Shown here one piece after another: positions 56,923 to 64,000 of a DNA stretch of 64,000 bases. The position numbers were made by a program, and so were the translations under genes. Source of the DNA: an uncultured Solirubrobacteraceae bacterium (GTDB lineage: Bacteria; Actinomycetota; Thermoleophilia; Solirubrobacterales; Solirubrobacteraceae); the NCBI GenBank assembly GCA_964588985.1, contig CAZPQW010000001.1, forward strand, positions 1 through 64,000, written 5' to 3'. The notes beneath the pieces are model-generated. The model saw only the letters and a program-made list of their open reading frames with translations. It did no database searches and had not been told where the DNA came from. Positions within the stretch are counted from its first letter, which is position 1; each line of letters begins with the position of its first letter.

Positions 56923-58809
56923 ATGAGATGGAAGGGATACGGCGTCATCGCGGCCGTGGTTGTCGCGTGGGGCGTCGCCGCGATCGCGCTTCGCTCTCCC
57001 AGCCTCGGTGTGTTCGACTCGAGCGCAACCTCCACCGCGAGCGCGACCTCGCCCGCGTGCCTGCCCGCGACGCTCGAACACAGCGCGCGCCTGCCCGGCA
57101 GCCAGGTCGACGTCTCGCCCGCGCCGGACACCGGCACCGCCAACCCCCACACGCAGATCAGCTTCCTCGGCACGAGCGCCGCGAGCCTCCGCGACATCTC
57201 GGTCATCGGCTCGAAGTCCGGCGCTCACAACGGTCGCCTACGCCGGTACTTCCAGGGAGATGGCGCGAGCTTCATACCCACCGAGCCCTTCGACCCCGGC
57301 GAGCGGGTGCTCGTGCACGCCACGATCGGCTCGGGCAACGGCGGCAAGGCGGTCGCGTTCGGCTTCCGCGTCGACACGCCGTATTCGACCGCGCGCACAC
57401 CGACGTTCTCCAACCCTCGCGCCGCGCCCGCCGACTACCAGAGCTTCTACACCCTTCCCGGCGTCCAGGCTCCCGTCCTGACCGTCACCGTGCCGGACCG
57501 CGACCCCGCGGCCGGCGACATCCTCACCACCAACGGGCCCGGTCCGGGTCAGTACGGGCCGCTGATCTACACGCCGCAGGGGAGGCTCGTGTGGTTCGAC
57601 AGGCTCACGGACGGCGAGACGGCGGAGAACCTCTCCGAGCAGACATACGAAGGACAGCCGGTCCTCACGTGGTGGAAGGGGCGCGTGCTCGACCTCGGCT
57701 TCGGCCAGGGCGAAGACATCGTCATGAATGCCCGCTACCGGACCGTCGCGAGGATCGCGGGCGGCAACGGCCTGAAGGCGGACCTGCACGACTTCCAGAT
57801 CGCCCCCCACGACATCGCCTACATCACCGCGTTCAACCCGATCCGCTGCGACCTCAAGACGGTCGAGGGCATAGCGGGCGGGTCGATCGTCGACACCGCC
57901 ATCCAGCAGATCGACATGAGGACGGGCCTCGTGCGCTGGGAATGGCACAGCCTCGACCACGTCGGCGCCGCGGAGTCCGAAGTCGAGACGCCCATGGACA
58001 CGCTGCCCTGGGATTACTTCCACCTCAACTCGATCGACCTCGAGCCGAGCGGCGACATCCTCATCTCGGCGCGCAGCACCTGGGCCGGCTACCAGCTCGA
58101 AGGCGGCACCGGCAGGGTCCTGTGGCGCCTTGGAGGCAACAGGAGCTCCTTCAAGATGGGACCCGGCACGACCATGGCGTGGCAGCACGACGGCCGCGTC
58201 CTGCCGGACGGCGAGCTGACGTTCTTCGACGACGGCTCCAACCCGCCGATCCACAGCCAGTCGCGCGCGCTGCGGATCAAGCTCGACCTGAAGACCCACC
58301 AGGCGCGCCTCGCGTCCGTCTACACGCACGCCGGCGCGCCACTGCTCGCGGCAAGCCAGGGGAACATGCAGACGCTCGCCGGCGGGAACACGCTCGTCGG
58401 CTACGGCGGGGTGCCCGCGATCAGCGAGTACTCCAAGGGCGGCTCGCTGCTCCTCGACGCCCACCAGCCGCTCGACATGTCCTTCTACCGCGCCTTCCGC
58501 TTCCCCTGGGGCGGGCGCCCGTCGAGCCCTCCCGCGATCCTCGCCAGCCTGAACAACACAGGCGAAGAGACGATCGTGCACGCGAGCTGGAACGGCGCCA
58601 CCGACGTGTTCGCGTGGCGAGTGCTCGCTGGCGAGCGCTCGGGATCGCTGACGGCGCAGGCCACGGTCCCGTCCGTGGACTTCGAGAGCTCGACGACGCT
58701 GCCCAAGACGTATTCCTACGTGGCGGTGCAGGCGCTCGACTCGGCCGGCCTCGTGCTCGGCGTCTCGCCGACGGTCAAGCCGATCGGCTACGCGGCCTCG
58801 CTGCGGTGA
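56923..58809 (+). CDS. Arylsulfotransferase (ASST)-family exported protein
   Basis: ADLHDF, WDYFHLNS, ISARS, WQHD; C-terminal SWNGAT domain. Confidence 0.85.
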   Translation: MRWKGYGVIAAVVVAWGVAAIALRSPSLGVFDSSATSTASATSPACLPATLEHSARLPGSQVDVSPAPDTGTANPHTQISFLGTSAASLRDISVIGSKSGAHNGRLRRYFQGDGASFIPTEPFDPGERVLVHATIGSGNGGKAVAFGFRVDTPYSTARTPTFSNPRAAPADYQSFYTLPGVQAPVLTVTVPDRDPAAGDILTTNGPGPGQYGPLIYTPQGRLVWFDRLTDGETAENLSEQTYEGQPVLTWWKGRVLDLGFGQGEDIVMNARYRTVARIAGGNGLKADLHDFQIAPHDIAYITAFNPIRCDLKTVEGIAGGSIVDTAIQQIDMRTGLVRWEWHSLDHVGAAESEVETPMDTLPWDYFHLNSIDLEPSGDILISARSTWAGYQLEGGTGRVLWRLGGNRSSFKMGPGTTMAWQHDGRVLPDGELTFFDDGSNPPIHSQSRALRIKLDLKTHQARLASVYTHAGAPLLAASQGNMQTLAGGNTLVGYGGVPAISEYSKGGSLLLDAHQPLDMSFYRAFRFPWGGRPSSPPAILASLNNTGEETIVHASWNGATDVFAWRVLAGERSGSLTAQATVPSVDFESSTTLPKTYSYVAVQALDSAGLVLGVSPTVKPIGYAASLR

Positions 58810-58818
58810 GCGAGCGGC

Positions 58819-59007
58819 TCAGTAGGCCGGTTTGGACTTGTGCTTGTGGGTCGTCGTGGTGGTCGTCGGCGTTGTCGTCACGGGGGCGGCGCTCGTCGTC
58901 GCCGTGGAGGGGGAGCTCCCCGAATTGCCGCCGCACCCGGTCGCCGCGAGGGTGCTCGCCAGGACGACCGCGAGCGTTAGGATGGCGGTCTGTGGCGTTC
59001 TTCTCAT
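58819..59007 (-). CDS. Small Thr-rich lipoprotein (62 aa)
   Basis: MRRTPQTAILTLAVVLASTLAATGC lipobox, S/T tract, basic tail; fits exactly in the intergenic gap. Confidence 0.6.
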   Translation of the reverse strand: MRRTPQTAILTLAVVLASTLAATGCGGNSGSSPSTATTSAAPVTTTPTTTTTTHKHKSKPAY

Positions 59008-59091
59008 GGCCGGGTTCCAATCGTCGCTTGTGGGCTCGGAATCCCACCCTACCAATCGCCCACGCCGGCTTTCGCGGTTGAATAGAGGGTC

Positions 59092-62061
59092 ATGAGCGTC
59101 GAGACGCCAGCCAGCGCTGGGGCGGTGGAGGCCCCCGCGCCCGCGAGCGGCGAGAGCCTGCCGTCTAGGTGGCTGCTGGTCGTCTGCTGCGTGGCGCAGT
59201 TCATGGTCATCCTCGACCTGAGCATCGTCAACGTCGCGCTGCCGGACATCCAATCGAGCCTCGGCTTCTCCTCGCCGGACCTGCAGTGGGTCGTCGATGC
59301 GTACGCGATCACGTTCGCCGGCTTCCTGATGCTCGGCGGTCGCGCCGCCGATCACTTCGGCCAGCGCCGTACGCTTGTCGTCGCGCTCGTGCTGTTCGGG
59401 CTCGCATCCCTCGCCGGGGGTGCCGCGCCGAACCAGGAAATGCTGATCGCCGGCCGTGCGGTGCAGGGACTCGCGGGCGCCCTGATGGCCGCGACCTCGC
59501 TCGCGATCATCACGGCGTCGTTCCCGCCCGGCCCCAAGCTCCACCGCGCGATCGCCACGTGGGCCGCCATGAACGGGCTCGGCGGCGCGGCCGGGGTGCT
59601 GTTCGGGGGGATCATCACCGAGGCGCTCAACTGGCGCTGGGTACTGCTGATCAACCCTCCGATCGCGCTCGCCACCGCGCTCGTCGCCTGGGCGGTCGTG
59701 AGCGAGCGCCGCAGAGCTCGTGAGGGCTTCGACCTCGCCGGCGCGCTGACGCTCACGATCGGGCAGATGGTGCTCGTGTACGGGGTCGTGGAAGCGGGGC
59801 TCAAGGGCTGGGACACGTTCGCCGCGCTCGGCCCGATCGCGCTCGGCGCGATCCTCCTCGCGATGTTCGGCGTGATCGAGACGCGCGTCGCGTCCGCGCC
59901 GCTGATCCCGTTCAAGGAGCTCACCAAGCCGCTGCGGGCGGCCAACACGGTCGTGCTCCTGTTCAGCGCGGCGCTGTTCCCGATGTGGTTCGTCAGCTCC
60001 CTCTACATGCAGCAGGTGCTGGGGCTCTCGCCGCTGCACGCGGGGCTCACGTTCCTGCCGATGTCGTTGACGATCCTGCTCGTCGCCTCGCGCGCGGGCA
60101 AGCTCGTGAGTCGCTTCGGCGTGCGCCCGGTGCTCGGCGGCGGGCTGATCATGCTGAGCGGCGGCCTGCTGCTGTTCACCCGGATCGGCTCGAGCGGTAG
60201 CGCGATCGTGTACGTGATGATCCCCGGGATCCTCACCGCGGCGGGGATCGCGATGTCGATCGTGCCCTCCACCATCGCCGCCACCCAGGGCGCCAAGGAG
60301 GGGCAGGCCGGTCTCGCGTCGGGTCTCGTCAACACCTCGCGTCAGATCGGCGGGGGCCTCGGGCTCGCGCTCCTGATCACGCTCGCCACGCAGCGCACCA
60401 CGCACCTGATCGGCTCGGGCCAGCAGGTGGCGCAGGCGCTGACCGCGGGCTTTCGGCTCGCCTACCTGATCTGCGGGGTCCTCGCCGCGGCCGCGGCGGT
60501 GATGATGTTCGTCTCGCTCCCCAGGACCGACGCCGCGCGGGCGGGAGCGGCTCGGCGCTTCGCGCTCGTGGTCGGGGCGGTGCTCGCGTGCTTCGTCGGT
60601 CTCACCGCCGCATTCGCCGGCTCCCACGCCCCACCGATCGGCGATTACACCACGAGCGGCGCATACAGCTACGCAAGCGCCCCCTCGCTTCATCCGCCGA
60701 TCGTCCGCAGCCTGCAGCGAGCGCCCGCCGGACAGCTCGCGCCAGGCTACATCTTCACGACCAACTTCTTCGACCTCAACGAACCGCCGATCATCGGCCA
60801 GAGCGGACCGATGATCCTCGACCGCGGCCTGCAGCCCGTCTGGTTCCAGCCGGTGTCAAAGCGCGTCGCCGCCGCGAACCTGAGCTTGCAGACCTACCAG
60901 GGCAAGCCGGCGTTGGCGTGGTGGCAGGGCAAGGTCACGAACACCGGCGCGACCGAAAGCGGCGAATACGTCGTCGCTGACCAGCACTACCGGACGGTCG
61001 CGAAGCTCAAAGCGACGGGCGGCTGGGTACTCACCGTCCACGAGTTCGCGATCGACGGGGAAAACGCGTGGGTCACCGCGAACAAGAACATCCCGCTGGA
61101 CCTCTCCAAGTACGGCGGCGCCTACAACGGCGCGCTGATCGACTCGGCCGTGCAGGAGTACAACCTCAAGACCGGCAAGCTCGTGCGCAACTGGGACGCG
61201 CTCCAGCACATCCCGTTGAGCGAGGTCCAGTCCTCGCTGCCCACCAACGGGTTCCCGTGGGACGCCTACCACGTCAACTCGATCGAGCTGACCGGCAATG
61301 GCAAGTTCCTCGTCTCGATGCGCGACACGTGGGCCGCCTACCTCGTCGACATCGGCACGGGCAGGATCGAATGGACTGTGGGCGGCAACAAATCGAGCTT
61401 CAAGCTCGGTCCCGGCGCGAGCTTCCAGTGGCAGCACGACGCGCGGCTCACGAACGGCTCGACGCTCACCGTGTTCGACGACCACTGCTGCCAGCTGAAG
61501 GGCGGAGGCACGTCCGTCCGGGCCACGGGGCCATCCCGCGGACTCGTGCTCGAGCTCGACCAGAGCGCGCACACCGCGACGCTCGCGGCCCAGTACGTCG
61601 GCGACGGCAAATTCAAGTCCGAATACATGGGCGACACGCAGACCCTCGCGAACGGCGACGTGTTCGTCGGCTGGGGCTCGGAACCGTACTTCTCCGAGTA
61701 CAGCCGCTCGGGCAAGCTGCTGTTCGAAGGTGAACTCCCGGGCCCCAACCTCACCTACCGCGCGACGATCGAGCAGTGGGTCGGACTGCCGCTCACGCCG
61801 CCTGCCGCCGTCGCCCTCCAGGCGGGCACGCAGACGAAGGTGTACGCGAGCTGGAACGGGGCCACCCGGGTCGCCTCCTGGAAGGTCCTCGCCGGAGCCG
61901 ACGCGAGCCGGCTGACCGCCGTGGCGAGCGCCACGAAGGCCGGTTTCGAGACAGCGATCCCGGTGCCGCGGAGCTACGGCAGCTACGAGGTCGAGGCGCT
62001 CGACGCCAAGGGCCGCACGATCGGTACCTCCCAGCCGTTCTCCGGGACATCGGCGCAATGA
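59092..62061 (+). CDS. DHA2-type MFS transporter fused to an arylsulfotransferase domain
   Basis: QFMVILDLSIVNVALP..GGRAADHFG MFS, an extra TM, then VHEF, DAYHVNS, SMRD, WQHD in one continuous frame. Confidence 0.88.
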   Translation: MSVETPASAGAVEAPAPASGESLPSRWLLVVCCVAQFMVILDLSIVNVALPDIQSSLGFSSPDLQWVVDAYAITFAGFLMLGGRAADHFGQRRTLVVALVLFGLASLAGGAAPNQEMLIAGRAVQGLAGALMAATSLAIITASFPPGPKLHRAIATWAAMNGLGGAAGVLFGGIITEALNWRWVLLINPPIALATALVAWAVVSERRRAREGFDLAGALTLTIGQMVLVYGVVEAGLKGWDTFAALGPIALGAILLAMFGVIETRVASAPLIPFKELTKPLRAANTVVLLFSAALFPMWFVSSLYMQQVLGLSPLHAGLTFLPMSLTILLVASRAGKLVSRFGVRPVLGGGLIMLSGGLLLFTRIGSSGSAIVYVMIPGILTAAGIAMSIVPSTIAATQGAKEGQAGLASGLVNTSRQIGGGLGLALLITLATQRTTHLIGSGQQVAQALTAGFRLAYLICGVLAAAAAVMMFVSLPRTDAARAGAARRFALVVGAVLACFVGLTAAFAGSHAPPIGDYTTSGAYSYASAPSLHPPIVRSLQRAPAGQLAPGYIFTTNFFDLNEPPIIGQSGPMILDRGLQPVWFQPVSKRVAAANLSLQTYQGKPALAWWQGKVTNTGATESGEYVVADQHYRTVAKLKATGGWVLTVHEFAIDGENAWVTANKNIPLDLSKYGGAYNGALIDSAVQEYNLKTGKLVRNWDALQHIPLSEVQSSLPTNGFPWDAYHVNSIELTGNGKFLVSMRDTWAAYLVDIGTGRIEWTVGGNKSSFKLGPGASFQWQHDARLTNGSTLTVFDDHCCQLKGGGTSVRATGPSRGLVLELDQSAHTATLAAQYVGDGKFKSEYMGDTQTLANGDVFVGWGSEPYFSEYSRSGKLLFEGELPGPNLTYRATIEQWVGLPLTPPAAVALQAGTQTKVYASWNGATRVASWKVLAGADASRLTAVASATKAGFETAIPVPRSYGSYEVEALDAKGRTIGTSQPFSGTSAQ

Positions 62062-62104
62062 CGCTCGACCGCGGGCGCAACCAACCCCGACCGCCGGTGT
62101 TGTA

Positions 62105-63934
62105 GTGCGCGTGCGGACGAGCAAGGTATTCGTGGGCGCATCCTGCCTGGCCTGTTTGGCGGGAGCGTTCTCGCTGGGCGCATGCGGCGACGGGGCCTCG
62201 GTCAGCTCGGCGCTGATCGCACCCGACGCGTCGGTCAGGGCGGCGGCGGCCAACCCGGTGGCGGTCTCGCCCGCCCCCGGAACACCGGACGCGTCCGCGA
62301 GCACCCAGATCAGCTTCCTCGGCGAAGCCGGCACCACCGTGTCGAGCGTGCACGTCGTCGGCTCCCACACCGGCGCACACTCGGGTGTGCTGCGCGCGTA
62401 CTCCACCGGAACGGGCGAGAGCTTCCTTCCGAGCCACCCGTTCGCGGCCGGTGAGCGCGTGACGGTCACCGCGCAGGTGAGCACCGGAGGCTCCACCGGC
62501 ACGGCGCGCACGAGCTTCACGATCGCCCACCAGTACACGCCGTCCTCGAAGCAGTTCCCCAACAACCCGGGAGACGCGCACGCGATCCAGCACTACGTCT
62601 CCGCGCCCACGCTCACGCCGTCCACGGTGCGGATCACCACGCCCGCGAAGCCCGGCGCGGCCGCGGGTGACCTGTTCCTCGCCCCCTACCAGGGCAAGGG
62701 CACGTCGGGGCCGATGATCGTCGACCAGGCGGGCAACCTGATCTGGTTCAAACCGCTGCCCGCCGGCAAGACCGCCACCAACTTCGAGGTCCAGCAGCTG
62801 TTCGGCAAGCCGGTGCTCACGTGGTGGCAGGGCCGGGTCCTCGAGGTGGGCTTCGGCCAGGGCGAAGATGTGATCTACGACACCTCCTACAAACAGGTGG
62901 GCGTCGTGCGCGCGGGCAACGGCTTCCACGCCGACCTGCACGAGATCCGCCTCACGCCCCAGGGCACAGCGTGGATCGACGCGTTCGACCCGATCCGCAT
63001 GAACCTGTCCGCGGAGCACGGGCTGTCGAACGGCGCCATCAACGACTCGATCGTGCAGGAGATCGACGTCAAGACGGGCCTCGTGATGTGGGAGTGGCAT
63101 GCGCTCGGGCACGTGCCGCTCTCCGAATCGAAAAGCCCGGCGCCCAAATTCAACTGGCCATGGGACTACGTGCACGTCAACTCGGTCGATCCGGGCAGTT
63201 CCGGGGATGTGCTGCTCTCGGCGCGCAGCACGTGGACGATCTACGACATCGACATGCACAGCGGCGGCATCCGCTGGCGCCTGGGCGGCGCGCACAGCAG
63301 CTTCAAGATGGGCGCCGGCACCCGCTTCTACTGGCAGCACGACGCCGAGCTCCAGCCCGGGGGCCTGATCTCGGTGTTCGACAACGGCTCGGACCCGCCG
63401 AAGGAGAAGCAGTCCCGCGGCCTGCTGATCGAAGCGAACACCTCCACCCACACGGCGACGCTCGCGAAGCAGTTCACCAACCCCGCCAAGACGCTGCTCG
63501 CGACCAGCCAGGGCAACACCCTGAGCCTGCCCGGCGGCGACTGGCTGATGGGCTACGGCGGCCTACCGAACTTCACCGAGTACGACTCCTCCGGCCACGT
63601 GCTGCTCGACGGGACGCTCGGCAAGAACGTGCAGAGCTTCAGGACGTACCTCTCGCCGTGGAGCGCACAGGCGCCGGGCACGCCGTCGGCGGTCGCCCAG
63701 GCCGGCGTGGCGGGCACGCTGTCGGTGTCGGTGAGCTGGAACGGCGCCACCGAGGTCGCCACGTGGCAGGTGCTCGCGGGTGCGACTCCGAGCGCGCTCA
63801 GCGCCGTGGCGAGCGCCCCGAAGACGGGCTTCCAGACGACGATCGCCGCGCCCACCGTGGGGCCGTACGTGCAGGTCCAGGCACTCGACGGTTCCGGTGC
63901 CGTGATCGGCACCTCGGCCGTGGTCAAAGGTTGA
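62105..63934 (+). CDS. Arylsulfotransferase (ASST)-family lipoprotein
   Basis: LGAC lipobox; ADLHEI, WDYVHVNS, LSARS, WQHD. Confidence 0.85.
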   Translation: MRVRTSKVFVGASCLACLAGAFSLGACGDGASVSSALIAPDASVRAAAANPVAVSPAPGTPDASASTQISFLGEAGTTVSSVHVVGSHTGAHSGVLRAYSTGTGESFLPSHPFAAGERVTVTAQVSTGGSTGTARTSFTIAHQYTPSSKQFPNNPGDAHAIQHYVSAPTLTPSTVRITTPAKPGAAAGDLFLAPYQGKGTSGPMIVDQAGNLIWFKPLPAGKTATNFEVQQLFGKPVLTWWQGRVLEVGFGQGEDVIYDTSYKQVGVVRAGNGFHADLHEIRLTPQGTAWIDAFDPIRMNLSAEHGLSNGAINDSIVQEIDVKTGLVMWEWHALGHVPLSESKSPAPKFNWPWDYVHVNSVDPGSSGDVLLSARSTWTIYDIDMHSGGIRWRLGGAHSSFKMGAGTRFYWQHDAELQPGGLISVFDNGSDPPKEKQSRGLLIEANTSTHTATLAKQFTNPAKTLLATSQGNTLSLPGGDWLMGYGGLPNFTEYDSSGHVLLDGTLGKNVQSFRTYLSPWSAQAPGTPSAVAQAGVAGTLSVSVSWNGATEVATWQVLAGATPSALSAVASAPKTGFQTTIAAPTVGPYVQVQALDGSGAVIGTSAVVKG

Positions 63935-64000
63935 GCGCCCGCCGCCTCACCACTCGGGCCGTGTCCGGGGCGCTTGTCGCGGTTGCGCTCGCGCTCGTAG

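Noticed and set aside
59008-60693. Upstream part of the 624-aa minus-strand ORF 58819..60693
   Set aside because: Antisense shadow of the MFS domain; only the last 62 codons look like a real gene

Overview
High-GC actinobacterial chromosome segment; gene style suggests Thermoleophilia/Solirubrobacterales (inference). 1-12.1 kb is mostly housekeeping DNA (class II ribonucleotide reductase, tmk, holB, PHP, NERD, recQ), with a small two-gene insert between tmk and holB. A ~28.4-kb integrative element sits in tRNA-Thr(CGT), bounded by an exact 43-bp direct repeat (12150-12192 / 40544-40586) with matching arm-type repeats, an integrase, an excisionase and a MobF-like relaxase. Its cargo is secreted proteins, a PadR/ABC/squalene-phytoene-synthase operon facing a Cys-less peroxiredoxin/XRE/pseudo-receiver-LuxR operon, a 2754-aa NHL-containing RHS protein, a TPR protein, a PrsA-like foldase and a degenerate second recombinase with a repeat cluster. 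Just outside attR is a defence islet: a complete Ubl-E2-JAB-E1 (BilABCD-like) ubiquitination operon whose E2 appears to lack the catalytic Cys, a divergent HigB-like/HTH-ImmA(IrrE) regulatory pair and an unknown 423-aa gene, ending at a GNAT remnant. The right part is core-like: lipase, MFS, K+ channel, ADH, HARP-SNF2 helicase and three arylsulfotransferase-family genes, one fused to an MFS transporter. Family calls come from motif recognition only; no searches were run.
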